A stretch of 64,000 nt of DNA from Omnitrophica bacterium RIFCSPLOWO2_12_FULL_50_11 (GTDB lineage: Bacteria; Omnitrophota; Omnitrophia; Omnitrophales; Danuiimicrobiaceae): the NCBI GenBank assembly GCA_001804315.1, contig MHFT01000024.1, positions 13,610-77,609 on the forward strand, in the 5' to 3' direction. Of the stretch, positions 1 through 9,324 are shown in pieces. Made by a program: the position numbers and the translations under genes. The notes under the pieces were generated by a model. The model saw only the letters and a program-made list of their open reading frames with translations. It made no database searches and was not told the origin of the DNA. Each line of letters starts with the position of its first letter. Position 1 is the first letter of the stretch.

Positions 1-402
1 ATTGTCCCGAAGTGTGTTGTTTAAAACCGAGGCCAAGAGGATGAGCCGGATCTTCCTTTGTTCCATTTGTTCCTGAGCCTGGAGGCGTCCGGACTTTAAG
101 GTTTCAATCTCACGTGCTTGCACTCTGAGCTGTTCCTCAAGGGCTTTCTTTTCAGCTTGAAGGGCTTGAATCTGATCCTTGAAGTACTGATGATTGCCAC
201 AGAGCGAGTCAAGCGCCCCGTCGATTCGGCGCATCAGTGTCGAGCGGGGAATGTGGTAGCGCTCCGTGATTTCTTGAAGGATGCCATGTTGATCGGGGAA
301 ATGGAAGTAGGTGGCAATCGCAGCCGCGTCGTTTTTTAAACGATCAAGGTCATTTCGATTTAACAGTTGACATCGTTCGGTCGATAAGTAAGTTGGAAAC
401 AA
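1..402 (-). CDS. Partial CDS running off the window start: HTH followed by a leucine-zipper/coiled-coil (IS3-family OrfA-like transposase N-terminus, or an HTH regulator)
   Basis: Reverse-strand frame is open from a TTG at about 402 to position 1, with GGAGGTG 5 nt upstream. Translation LFPTYLSTERCQLLNRNDLDRLKNDAAAIATYFHFPDQHGILQEITERYHIPRSTLMRRIDGAL... then QIQALQAEKKALEEQLRVQAREIETLK shows an HTH plus heptad coiled coil, typical of IS3 OrfA. It is not in the ORF track because it is truncated by the window edge. Confidence 0.3.
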   Translation of the reverse strand, partial: MFPTYLSTERCQLLNRNDLDRLKNDAAAIATYFHFPDQHGILQEITERYHIPRSTLMRRIDGALDSLCGNHQYFKDQIQALQAEKKALEEQLRVQAREIETLKSGRLQAQEQMEQRKIRLILLASVLNNTLRDN

Positions 403-607
403 GGGAGCACCTCCTTGGTTTTTTACTTTCCAAGGTCATTATCGACCTGAACCGGGAGGTGCTTTCCTTCCTTCTCAAATTACCCACGAGCGACGCCCTT
501 TTAAAACCTACTTTTGTTACGATGCCTCTTTATCGACAAGGAATATGATATAACTTATTTATTTACAATATCTTACGTCATTATTCCCCCCATCTTGCTA
601 AACAGAC

Positions 608-636
608 TTGAAAAGAGCCTTTGATTGTGCTAGAAT
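608..636 (+). promoter_or_regulatory. Sigma-70-type promoter TTGAAA-17-TAGAAT upstream of the 752..3859 gene
   Basis: TTGAAA at 608-613, a 17-nt spacer, TAGAAT at 631-636, in an AT-rich 5' region. AAAGGAGG lies about 10 nt before the TTG start at 752. Confidence 0.4.
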
Positions 637-751
637 TTGTTTGTCCTCGAAAGAGGTATTTTTTTTACTCTCTCGACTTTAAATTTTTAAAAAAGTTTAT
701 AAACCTTCGATGAGTTTTTGTCCCAATGATTGAAAAGGAGGTTACCATAGA

Positions 752-3700
752 TTGACATCAGTATTAATTCAGCGAGCAGCCCTTATCACGGTTTCCTTTT
801 TCTTTACGAGCGGGCTAAATGTTTATCCGCAGCGGACTTCTCCGGCTGCTGAGACTGTAGCAGGCGTCAGCGGAGAGTCAAATCTCGCGCAGATCCAAAA
901 AGAGCTCGTACGACCCGGAACCCCTCTTGTTCGTCCGGATTTCAATCCCTATTTGATTACCGTCCCCGCGGAATACGGCAATATTGAAGAAGTCTACCAA
1001 GGCGCCCCGGACGCGCCTTTAATCGTTCACATCCAAAATGTCCACGCCAACTACAAAGCGCAGCTGAACATCAAAAATATCCTCGATCATTTAGTTGGGA
1101 AACACCAATTCTCACTCATCCAAATAGAAGGCGCAGTGGCCAAAGTAGATCCGGAAATTCTGAAACCTTCCTATTTGGAGGAAGCGAATTTGAAATTGGC
1201 TGATTTGTTGTTACGTGAGGGAAGGATCACCGGCGCCCACGCGTTTGCCATTGAAACGGACCGGCCTGTAGAGCTTTACGGGATTGAAGACTTCGGTCTT
1301 TACACCGAAAACTTGAAGATTTTTAAGGCGATTTACGCGCACCGTGAAGAGGTCAATGCTTACTTTTCCAATGCGCATCGTATGGTGAATCGGATTGGCC
1401 GGACATTGCTTACACCCGGAGCGCTCGACTTTACGAGGAAAAAAGAGTCGTTTTCGCGTGACGAAATCGGCCTACTCGATTATCTGGTGTATTTAAATCA
1501 AGTGGCCGAGAGAAGCGGACTCACTAAGCTCAGGGATTTAAAAGAAATGATCCGTTATCCAAATCTCGTTCGAATCTTACGGATTCACGAGCTTGAAGAG
1601 AGGCTGGACCGAACGGAACTAGAGAAGGAAGGAAAAAGGCTCAGAAGCGAATTTTCCAAAAAGCTTCCTCAAGCAGAAGCCGCACAGGAACTCCTTGGAC
1701 GCCTTGAGGCGCGGGAAAAAGGAGTGCGGCCGAGAGCATATTTCGTCGAGCTCACCAAACTTGCGGATCAAGCCGGAATCGATTTTGTCGGCTATCCTCA
1801 AATTCGACTCTTTGCCGAGTCTCTCATTTATCAGGATGAAATTGATCACCGCGGTGTTTTCCCCGAGCTCAAACGTTACGAAGCGGATCTCGAGAAAGCG
1901 CTTTTCAAAACCGAGGACGAGCAGGCGATTCTTGAAATCATTTCCTTTGTCAGTCTTCTCGAACAATTTTTCCGTCTCGAAATGAGCCGCGAGAAACTTG
2001 CGATCTATGTGCAGGATCGTGACAAGATGAAACCTTCTTGGATCCAAACGCGTTTGGCCGGGCTTGCGGAAGAGCAAAGCACTGCTTATACGCCGCTCGG
2101 AGCCGTTGAGCAATTGGATGCCTATATGAGTGAGCTCGAGGACTTTTATCGGCTTGTCTTGAAACGAGACGAATTTTTTATCGAAAAGATTCTCGCGAAA
2201 ATGAATGCGCTTGGCGAGAATAAGACCGTTGTCATTACCGGCGGGTTTCATAAGGATCCGCTCGTGGATGAATTTCGAAGGCAGGAAGTTTCCTATGTGG
2301 TGGTGAGTCCGGGCGTAGATATTACAGAGGGAAGCGAAAATTATGTGAAAGTGATGCTGGATGAAGACAGCGTCGCCGGTACTGTGTTTGCCGGCACCTT
2401 TGCGGTGGAAGTAGCAGATCTTGGCATCCCTGGACGAGAAGATGTGCTTTCAAACATCTTTGGTGCAGCGGATTTGCTTCAAGCTCACTTAGCTCCTACC
2501 GGCGTTCCCGAAGTTGAAATAACGAATAGGAGCAGAGAAAGATTTCGATCGCTGGTACAACGGTCGCGTGTTTGGTACGAACCTAGAAAAGTTGAGAGAA
2601 ACGATTATGCAGTCCGGGTGAGAGCCGAAGCGCGTTTCTTTAATGCAAAGGGCGAACCGATCCTACACGAAGTTGAAAGCAGGTTTGACAGAAGCGATCT
2701 TCGGTTTACGGTGCGGACCGTTCGCGAGAGAAAGATCTCGCCCGCAGAGCTGAGAAACATTGGAATTACTGAACCGCCAATGCCCGAGCCCATCCGCCGC
2801 GACGCCTTAACCGCCCTGAGCCGTGAAACTTTACGTGTTGATCGAGGAGTCCCTACAGCACAACGGAGTCAACTTACACCAGCGGAGCTTTCCACTTCTG
2901 AAAACTTCCCGGTCGGTACATTTGTATCTCCTAATGTGCCCGTTGTGCCGGAGGTGGAAGCGAGGTTGTTGGAACGCCTTTTTTCGCTAACGGCACTGGC
3001 AACGAAAGGGGTTGTTGACCAACTCCGAAGCGGCGGCGTATTGACGCTCGAAGGTGTGGAGCGTGCCAGTAGAGAAACCGGATTGGCTGGACCAATTACC
3101 CCAACCGATATTCAAAATATTGCTCAATTGAGCGAAGGAGAAAAGCGGCTTTTTATGGCTCTTGATGGTACCGCACCACAAGCGCCGCTCTTTTTGGTCC
3201 TCCCTGTGGATACGGTGAATCAATCGCACGCAAGCCGCGCGGCACTGCTGTCGCTTGTTGGAAGGATCCGGGCGAATGATCGCACGGCAGCGGCCGTTTA
3301 TGGAGTTAATGTTAAGAACTTTGCCTTGAGTTTGGGAATAAGTGCGGATGAGTTCGATAGAATTTTCTTTGTCGATCAAGACAAAGGTATTGAGCTTTCA
3401 ACTTTTGAAGGCGCTGTTGATCTCGTTGCGGCGCACGTCCAATCCAAACATGGCCTTTGGCTCAATCACTGGCTCGAGTCGGTGCCTGGAGCAACTCGGA
3501 TGTCAATCGATCAATTTATGAATCATCTGGCGATCTTGGTTCCAGCAGGCGAAATAGGAAATCGCTTGAGTGAAACAACTGCTCAAAGATGGCAAGAGGC
3601 TCTTCAGGTGATCGAGCTTGATCTTTCGGAGCCAGGGATTGTTCGCGATCAGGAACTCCAGCGAGCAGTCGGTGATTTTCTGGTTAAGGTGTTGGTGAAT

Positions 3701-3859
3701 CTTAGGAACGCGGAAGCCGTGGCCTTGCTTTATGAATTGAGCGAAGGCGCGATTAAGCAAGTAGCGCGCAACCTATGGCAGATTTCCGGCACTCCTACTG
3801 TGCTCAATCTCATCCTCAATCTTTACCGGGCTGAAGTCCAAATTCAAGCTGCGGCCTAA
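752..3859 (+). CDS. Large secreted/membrane-anchored protein whose N-terminal domain is paralogous to the giant ORF N-terminus (ChaN/TIKI/TraB-superfamily-like GxxH motifs); C-terminal 500 aa unknown
   Basis: 1035-aa ORF with a hydrophobic N-terminus (ALITVSFFFTSGLNVYP). IVHIQNVHANYKAQ...IEGA and VVITGGFHKDPLVDEFRRQEVSYVVVSPGV align with VVYLQDAHSNLGAQ...VEGG and ILVTGGFHAPGITTEFRKHKIPYVLISPKF of the giant ORF. The two-motif N-terminal xAH plus C-terminal GGFH pattern is reminiscent of the ChaN/TraB/TIKI family (family assignment is inference). Confidence 0.6.
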   Translation: MTSVLIQRAALITVSFFFTSGLNVYPQRTSPAAETVAGVSGESNLAQIQKELVRPGTPLVRPDFNPYLITVPAEYGNIEEVYQGAPDAPLIVHIQNVHANYKAQLNIKNILDHLVGKHQFSLIQIEGAVAKVDPEILKPSYLEEANLKLADLLLREGRITGAHAFAIETDRPVELYGIEDFGLYTENLKIFKAIYAHREEVNAYFSNAHRMVNRIGRTLLTPGALDFTRKKESFSRDEIGLLDYLVYLNQVAERSGLTKLRDLKEMIRYPNLVRILRIHELEERLDRTELEKEGKRLRSEFSKKLPQAEAAQELLGRLEAREKGVRPRAYFVELTKLADQAGIDFVGYPQIRLFAESLIYQDEIDHRGVFPELKRYEADLEKALFKTEDEQAILEIISFVSLLEQFFRLEMSREKLAIYVQDRDKMKPSWIQTRLAGLAEEQSTAYTPLGAVEQLDAYMSELEDFYRLVLKRDEFFIEKILAKMNALGENKTVVITGGFHKDPLVDEFRRQEVSYVVVSPGVDITEGSENYVKVMLDEDSVAGTVFAGTFAVEVADLGIPGREDVLSNIFGAADLLQAHLAPTGVPEVEITNRSRERFRSLVQRSRVWYEPRKVERNDYAVRVRAEARFFNAKGEPILHEVESRFDRSDLRFTVRTVRERKISPAELRNIGITEPPMPEPIRRDALTALSRETLRVDRGVPTAQRSQLTPAELSTSENFPVGTFVSPNVPVVPEVEARLLERLFSLTALATKGVVDQLRSGGVLTLEGVERASRETGLAGPITPTDIQNIAQLSEGEKRLFMALDGTAPQAPLFLVLPVDTVNQSHASRAALLSLVGRIRANDRTAAAVYGVNVKNFALSLGISADEFDRIFFVDQDKGIELSTFEGAVDLVAAHVQSKHGLWLNHWLESVPGATRMSIDQFMNHLAILVPAGEIGNRLSETTAQRWQEALQVIELDLSEPGIVRDQELQRAVGDFLVKVLVNLRNAEAVALLYELSEGAIKQVARNLWQISGTPTVLNLILNLYRAEVQIQAAA

Positions 3860-4878
3860 GATTTGCGGCTTGCAAAAGGTAGGGATTCCACTTTGGCGGC
3901 GACGGTTTTCTCCTGCGTCTGGATTGCAACTTCACAACCGACATCCCAAAACCCTTTTTTGACGTAACCAAGCGCGATCACTTTTTGAAGCGCCGGCGAA
4001 AATGCGCCGCTTGTAACGGTGCCTGCCTCTTGGCCTTCCGTTAAAATTCGGTCGTTTTTTTGCGGGATCGTTTCACCGTCGATCACCAAACCGACCAATT
4101 TCTTACTTACCCCTCCCCTGGAATCGAGCCGCGCCAGGATTTCTTGCCCAGGAAAGCAGCCCTTTGTGAAACTCACGGTTTGGTTGAGCCGTGCTTCCAG
4201 CGGAATATGGGACTCATCAAAGTCAATTCCGTAGCGCGGGATTCCCGCTTCAATGCGAAGGGTTTCCAACGCTTCTGCTTGAATCGTGGCTAATCCGAAG
4301 GGCACTCCTTTTGACTCAATTTCCTCCCGGACTTTCCCCGCCTGATTTTTTGGAATTAAAAATGCGTATCCAATTTCAGCAATTATATTGATTCGGATCA
4401 CGACCGCCGTAACAGGGCCAATCGCGATGCTCTTGTGATCCAATAATTCTGCCGTCACATCTTGCGCGGCCTGTGCCGCGAACAGATCTCCCAACAAATC
4501 TTTTGCTCTCGGTCCGTGGACCGAAATTAACTTTAATGTATCCGAACGGTCCGTTAATATAACTTCTTCGGTAAAAATCAGTTGGGCCAAGTGTTCGAGG
4601 ACTTTGTCCTTGAGGACATAATCCATTGCAAGCCACAGGTGTTCGTCGAAACAGAGTACATTCATACTGGCAATGATTTTGGCTTGGGCAGTCAGGAAGC
4701 AAGATGGATTTCCTTTGCCGGGCTGAAGGCTTTTCACGTCGCTTGAGAGGATATTGTGCAGGAACTGAACGCGATCCCGACCCGAAACTTCAATCACGCC
4801 GCGGTTCGGATGGTCGAACAACACACAATTCTTCCTCGCCGCGAGGCATTGTTCGGAAATTTGGCGGGTTACTCGCAT
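3856..4878 (-). CDS. Folate-binding aminomethyltransferase-family protein (YgfZ/GcvT-like)
   Basis: 340 aa. CVLFDHPNRGVIEVSGRDRVQFLHNILSSDVKSL matches the N-terminal signature of GcvT/YgfZ; the length fits YgfZ-type proteins. Confidence 0.7.
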   Translation of the reverse strand: MRVTRQISEQCLAARKNCVLFDHPNRGVIEVSGRDRVQFLHNILSSDVKSLQPGKGNPSCFLTAQAKIIASMNVLCFDEHLWLAMDYVLKDKVLEHLAQLIFTEEVILTDRSDTLKLISVHGPRAKDLLGDLFAAQAAQDVTAELLDHKSIAIGPVTAVVIRINIIAEIGYAFLIPKNQAGKVREEIESKGVPFGLATIQAEALETLRIEAGIPRYGIDFDESHIPLEARLNQTVSFTKGCFPGQEILARLDSRGGVSKKLVGLVIDGETIPQKNDRILTEGQEAGTVTSGAFSPALQKVIALGYVKKGFWDVGCEVAIQTQEKTVAAKVESLPFASRKS

Positions 4879-5948
4879 TGTTGGTGCAATATCCTGCGAT
4901 GTGGCACAGGAAAAGAAAATTTGCGTATTTCGTCTCTGTCGGCCCAGCGGATGGACCGCGTTTTAAATTTGTGTAGCCCGCTCCCCTTTAGTTCGACTTG
5001 GAAAGGGTAAATTTGAGCGAGGCGGTGCGTGAAACGATGTTCGATCGCCGGCAATTTCTTTTTAATCCGCACAGTGATTCCGAGTGCTTCCTGGAATTCC
5101 TGGGCAAGTGCTCGCTCGACCGTTTGGCCATTCGCGCAAACGCTGCCGGGAATTTCCCAAAGGCCGCCCCAGATGCCGCGGTCAGGCCGTTTGCGGATGA
5201 GAAGTTGACCGTTTTGATCAAGAAGGCCGACGACCATACGGATCTTCTTGACCTTCGCAGCTTTTGATTTGAGAGGTAACCGCGAAGGATTTCCTTCTTT
5301 GTATCCTCTACAGAGCTTGCGCACAGGACAGATCGTACATTTTGGCATTTCCGGCAGGCAGACAAGCGAACCCAATTCCATAAGTGCCTGGTTAAATGTG
5401 CCCGGGTCTTTTTGGGGCACAAGTGCTTTGGCGAGTTCATAGAGCGTCTTCTGCGTTTGGGGCTTTGCGATATCCCTTCGGAGGTAAAAAATGCGTGAGA
5501 GGACGCGAGCAACGTTGCCGTCTACGAGGGGAACCGGTTTCTGGAACGCGATACTTGCAACCGCACCTGCCGTGTATTTGCCGATGCCCGGAAGACGCTC
5601 GAGGAGCTCCGGCGTATTTGGGATTTTTCCGCCAAAGCTGCGGACGATTATTTTCGCCGCGTGATGCAAATTCCGAGCGCGTGCGTAATAGCCCAAGCCT
5701 TCCCAAAGTTTGAGAACACGGTCAATCGGTGCACGTGCGAGCGCTTTGATATTTGGGAACGCTTTAATCCAACGCTGGTAATAGGGAATAACGGTTTTAA
5801 TTTGGGTTTGCTGGAGCATGACTTCCACGACGAGGATACGGTAAGGATTTCCGTCAACTCGCCACGGGAGGAGGCGCTTATGCTTCGAGAACCACGAAAG
5901 GAGGCGCTTGCGGAACCGGCCGACGTTGACCTTCGTCATACAGCCCAT
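4869..5948 (-). CDS. mutY: A/G-specific adenine DNA glycosylase MutY
   Basis: HhH-GPD region (LPGIGKYTAGAVASIAF), 4Fe-4S cysteine cluster CLPEMPKCTICPVRKLC and a C-terminal NUDIX-like MutY domain; 359 aa. Confidence 0.9.
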   Translation of the reverse strand: MGCMTKVNVGRFRKRLLSWFSKHKRLLPWRVDGNPYRILVVEVMLQQTQIKTVIPYYQRWIKAFPNIKALARAPIDRVLKLWEGLGYYARARNLHHAAKIIVRSFGGKIPNTPELLERLPGIGKYTAGAVASIAFQKPVPLVDGNVARVLSRIFYLRRDIAKPQTQKTLYELAKALVPQKDPGTFNQALMELGSLVCLPEMPKCTICPVRKLCRGYKEGNPSRLPLKSKAAKVKKIRMVVGLLDQNGQLLIRKRPDRGIWGGLWEIPGSVCANGQTVERALAQEFQEALGITVRIKKKLPAIEHRFTHRLAQIYPFQVELKGSGLHKFKTRSIRWADRDEIRKFSFPVPHRRILHQQCE

Positions 5949-5976
5949 TATAATTCAAAGACTTGGGTTATTTCCA

Positions 5977-6534
5977 ATGCCAAAATTAGAAGACCTGAAA
6001 GCCGAGCTGCTCCCGTTAATCAAAAAGCACGCGCACATCAAACTTCCGGAGCCGATCAAACTTTCTTCTGGGAAGATGAGCGACCAATATTTTGACGGGC
6101 GCAAGATCACGCTTCATCCTCAAGGAATCACACTCTTTGCGCGCGCGATTTTAGAAATGATCAAGCCGGCCGATTTTGACGCGGTGGGCGGGCCGAGTCT
6201 CGGCGCGGATCCGATTGCGACAGCAGTTTCTATTTTTGCCTTCCTCGACCGGAAAATCAAACTTCCGGCGTTTCTCATCCGCAGCGTACAAAAACCATAC
6301 GGCCTGCAAAAACAAGTCGAGGGCGCGGAACTAAAGCCGGGCATGACGGTGCTCATCGTTGAGGACGTGATGACAACAGGCAAATCGATTCGAAGCGCGA
6401 TTGAAGTGGTGGAACAAACAGGTGCCAAAGTCGGTCAGATTATTTGTTTGATTGACCGCAATGAAGGCGGCAGGGAAGCGCTTGCATCGTACCAGTTAAG
6501 CCCATTATTTACAAAAGATGAGATTGGAGCGTGA
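5977..6534 (+). CDS. pyrE: Orotate phosphoribosyltransferase
   Basis: PRTase motif VLIVEDVMTTGKSIRSAIEVVEQTGAKV; LSSGKMSDQYFDGRKI is OPRTase-like. The start is set at the ATG at 5977 (MPKLEDLK); the ORF-track start at 5908 overlaps mutY. Confidence 0.75.
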   Translation: MPKLEDLKAELLPLIKKHAHIKLPEPIKLSSGKMSDQYFDGRKITLHPQGITLFARAILEMIKPADFDAVGGPSLGADPIATAVSIFAFLDRKIKLPAFLIRSVQKPYGLQKQVEGAELKPGMTVLIVEDVMTTGKSIRSAIEVVEQTGAKVGQIICLIDRNEGGREALASYQLSPLFTKDEIGA

Positions 6535-6656
6535 TGCAAGCAAGAACCGTCATTGCGAGGCAGCAATCCAAGCGATGCCGAAGCAATCTCGAAGTTGTGA
6601 GATTGCTTCGTCGGCGCTGCGCGCCTCCTCGCAATGACGGCGGCTTTTGTAAAGGC

Positions 6657-7025
6657 GTGTTGCTATGTTTCGTGTGCATGTTCGTTTTTCTGCCGAGCAA
6701 TTTCAGCGCTGCGGAGATGATTTACAAGCTGGACGGCCGTGTGACGAAAGTGGAAGAAGCGGAGCGAATACTCTATGTGGAGTTCAAGCACCCTGCTACG
6801 GAAGAAGTCACGGAGAAAAAGTTTAAGGTATCAGAGACGGCCGGTTTTAAACACATCAAAAAATTAAGCGATCTTAAGAAAGGTGATCTCGTCAGCGTTG
6901 ACTATTTGGATCACGGCGAAGAACTGGTCGCAATTTACATCGCTCACATCCCCCTGAAAGAAATTGCTGTCACGACGCCTGCGGAGGTTACGAAAACCTT
7001 ACTGAAATTGAGGGAATCAGAATAA
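6657..7025 (+). CDS. Small hypothetical protein with a hydrophobic (signal-like) N-terminus
   Basis: The ORF-track frame 6531..7025 begins inside a GTCATTGCGAGG palindromic repeat. The likely true start is the GTG/ATG at 6657-6678 (VLLCFVCMFVFLPSNFSAAEM...). No recognised domain. Confidence 0.35.
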   Translation: MLLCFVCMFVFLPSNFSAAEMIYKLDGRVTKVEEAERILYVEFKHPATEEVTEKKFKVSETAGFKHIKKLSDLKKGDLVSVDYLDHGEELVAIYIAHIPLKEIAVTTPAEVTKTLLKLRESE

Positions 7026-7046
7026 GCAAGGGGCAGTTTCTTTTTT

Positions 7047-7868
7047 TTACTCGACGATATTCTCGCCGCCGTCTACGCGGATCGTATTCCCGGTCATCCA
7101 AGCCGTGCGGCCATTTGAGAGTGCCGCAATCGCTTGGGCGACATCTTGAGGTGTTGTGGTACGACCGCTTGGGTTTTTCTTACTCGCGGCCTCAATCATA
7201 TATTCATTTCCGGGAATTTTCCGGAGGGCAGGTGTATCCGTCACGCCTGCCATAATGGCATTGGCCGTAATGCCAATCGGGGCGAGTTCTAAGGCAAGCT
7301 GGCGGATGTGAGATTCTAGCGAAGCCTTGGCAGCGGAGACAGCTCCATAGGTTTTCCAGACTCGGCTGCTGCCAGCGCTCGTCATCGCGTAAATTCTACT
7401 TCCAGCGGTCAACATTTTTTTCCGTACAAGACGTTGGACCCAATAAACAAGGCTGTGGGCCATGACGTCGACCGTCATATCCATCTGGGCCTTTGTAATC
7501 GCTTGGGTCGGCTCATCAGCGATGAACGGTTTGAGCGTCCCGAATGCCAGCGAATGAAGCAAGACAGCAATTTGCCCGGGCTGTTCCTCGAATTTCTTCT
7601 CGACCGCGCTTACCACCTCGTCTATTTTGGCTTCGTCTGAGGCGTTGACATTAAAAAAGATCGCTTCACGGCCTGCGTTCTTGATCTCGTTTACGATCTG
7701 CTCCACATTTGGGAGGGTAGCTCTTCGGTCGAGGTGGACGCCAAAAATGTTAAATCCTGTGCGCGCTAGCTCTATCGACGTAGCCCGCCCAAAGCCGCTC
7801 GAAGCTCCTAAAATGAGTGCCCATTTCTTGGATTCCGTCATGATGCCCCTCCTGTGTGTAGGTGCCAT
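7047..7868 (-). CDS. SDR-family NAD(P)-dependent oxidoreductase (possibly enoyl-ACP reductase-like)
   Basis: N-terminal Rossmann ALILGASSGFGRATSIELA, catalytic Ser (AMTSAGS) and YxxxK (YGAVSAAK); 273 aa. Confidence 0.7.
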   Translation of the reverse strand: MAPTHRRGIMTESKKWALILGASSGFGRATSIELARTGFNIFGVHLDRRATLPNVEQIVNEIKNAGREAIFFNVNASDEAKIDEVVSAVEKKFEEQPGQIAVLLHSLAFGTLKPFIADEPTQAITKAQMDMTVDVMAHSLVYWVQRLVRKKMLTAGSRIYAMTSAGSSRVWKTYGAVSAAKASLESHIRQLALELAPIGITANAIMAGVTDTPALRKIPGNEYMIEAASKKNPSGRTTTPQDVAQAIAALSNGRTAWMTGNTIRVDGGENIVE

Positions 7869-8031
7869 TATAATTGTGATGCGAAAAACCGCAATAGGAA
7901 AGAGATCTGGTACATACCACTTGACACGTTACGCCTTATCTTCTACTGTCTTGCGCGATGCCTAAGAATTATCTGAGGGGTCGGGGTGTTTTCCCGACCC
8001 CTCATCCCGAGCGAAGCGAGGGATCTCATCA

Positions 8032-8679
8032 ATGAGATCCTTTCGGCCCTTCGGGCCTCAGGATGAGCCGTCTTTATCTGAAAAAACTCCCCGACGGCTC
8101 AATTATCTGGTCCTGGATTTAGAGACGAAAAGAACGTTCGAAGAAGTTGGCCGGAACAACCTCCATAAGCTAGGGGTTTCCGTCGTCGGGGTTTATGACG
8201 ATTTAACCGGTGAATACAGGGCTTATGAGGAGGCCGAGATACCAGATCTTGAAGGCCGGTTGAAATCGGCGGAACTGGTCGTTGGTTTTAATATTCGGCG
8301 CTTTGACTTTCCGGTTTTAGCACCTTATCTTTTCTTATCTGTTGATGGCCTTCCCGTTTTGGATTTGATGCTCGAAATCGAAAAAGTGAGAGGCCATCGT
8401 GTCAGCCTTCATAGTGTTGCCCAGGCGACGCTGGGCGCTCCGAAAACAGGGCACGGAATAGAGGCGATTGAACTTTTTCGTGGGGGGCGCATGGAGGAGC
8501 TAAAGCGGTACTGCTTAAACGACGTGAAACTGACGAGAGAAATTTACGATTTCGGTTGCTCTGAAAACCGCGTGTTCTTCATTTCGAATCGTGATTGGAA
8601 GAAATATGAAATTCCAGTAAACTGGAAGGAACCAGAAACTGTAAAAAAAGGCGTTTCCTTTCCAACCAGTTTGTTCTAG
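8032..8679 (+). CDS. DEDDy-type 3'-5' exonuclease-fold protein (PolB-exo-like/RNase H-like)
   Basis: Exo I LVLDLET, Exo II GFNIRRFDFPVL, Exo III YCLNDVKLT. The N-terminal roughly 25 codons read through a GTCATCC...GGATGAG palindromic repeat, so the true start is uncertain. Confidence 0.55.
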   Translation: MRSFRPFGPQDEPSLSEKTPRRLNYLVLDLETKRTFEEVGRNNLHKLGVSVVGVYDDLTGEYRAYEEAEIPDLEGRLKSAELVVGFNIRRFDFPVLAPYLFLSVDGLPVLDLMLEIEKVRGHRVSLHSVAQATLGAPKTGHGIEAIELFRGGRMEELKRYCLNDVKLTREIYDFGCSENRVFFISNRDWKKYEIPVNWKEPETVKKGVSFPTSLF

Positions 8680-8757
8680 TCCCCCACCACTTTAAGGTTT
8701 GTCCCAAGGGACATTCCTTAAAGTGGTGGGGGACTAGGTTTTGTTGGCTCAAACGCT

Positions 8758-9132
8758 ATGAATAGGCCTTGGTTATTGGTATTTGTAGAAGATCCCGACC
8801 TGCGCACTTTGATCGAAGAGATCGCGCAGGAAAAACAGCTCGACTTTCACTTTGCGGCACAGGGCGAGCAGCTGCTGCAGTCTGTGAAAACGCTCCGGCC
8901 GATGATGATGATCGCCGATCTTTCAGGCCTGAATACGGAATGGCTGTTTAAGCACATCGCCGAGATTGCGAACCTTCAACCCGACTTTCCAATAGTCGCT
9001 TTTCTTGCCTCAAGGGAAGAAGGGGCGAGATATCGCTTGGAGCATGCTGGGTGCAAAATGGTTCTTCACAAGTCGGAGGTTGAAAAAAAACTCCCAGAAG
9101 CCATTGAAAATGTCTTGAAGGGGCGCTTTTGA
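8758..9132 (+). CDS. Single-domain CheY-like receiver protein (possibly degenerate)
   Basis: 124 aa. LLVFVEDPDLRTLIEEI ... MMMIADLSG ... PIVAFLAS ... HKSE matches the acidic pocket, phospho-Asp, Thr/Ser and Lys positions of REC domains. Confidence 0.5.
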   Translation: MNRPWLLVFVEDPDLRTLIEEIAQEKQLDFHFAAQGEQLLQSVKTLRPMMMIADLSGLNTEWLFKHIAEIANLQPDFPIVAFLASREEGARYRLEHAGCKMVLHKSEVEKKLPEAIENVLKGRF

Positions 9133-9324
9133 GAAAAAACAGAGTACGGAGAACAGAGTACAGAGAACAGAAAAAACATGTCAGCGACATGGCAGTTCGT
9201 AGAAAAAAGGGTCTTATTTTTTCCTCCCCCTATTCTTCCCCTCTACGCTCTTTCTCTGTCCTCTGACTTCTGTTCTCTGTTTTCCGTACTCTCTGCCGAC
9301 AGATTTTCGGCAAGGCTCGCAGCC

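Noticed and set aside
1619-2251. Numerous 60-210-aa ORFs overlapping annotated genes on the opposite strand or in alternative frames (for example 1619..2251-, 4988..5512-, 9403..9915-, 12092..12418+, 22712..23164-, 26353..26808-, 44741..45178-, 50995..51741-, 58783..59331+)
   Set aside because: These are shadow ORFs of clearly conserved genes. They have low-complexity or atypical composition and no start signals.
6531-6678. N-terminal 49 codons of the 6531..7025 ORF, and ORFs 61346..61567 and 62641..62922
   Set aside because: These are translations of family-B palindromic repeats (VIARQQSKRCRSNLEVVRLLRR...). They are repeat-derived rather than genuine coding starts.
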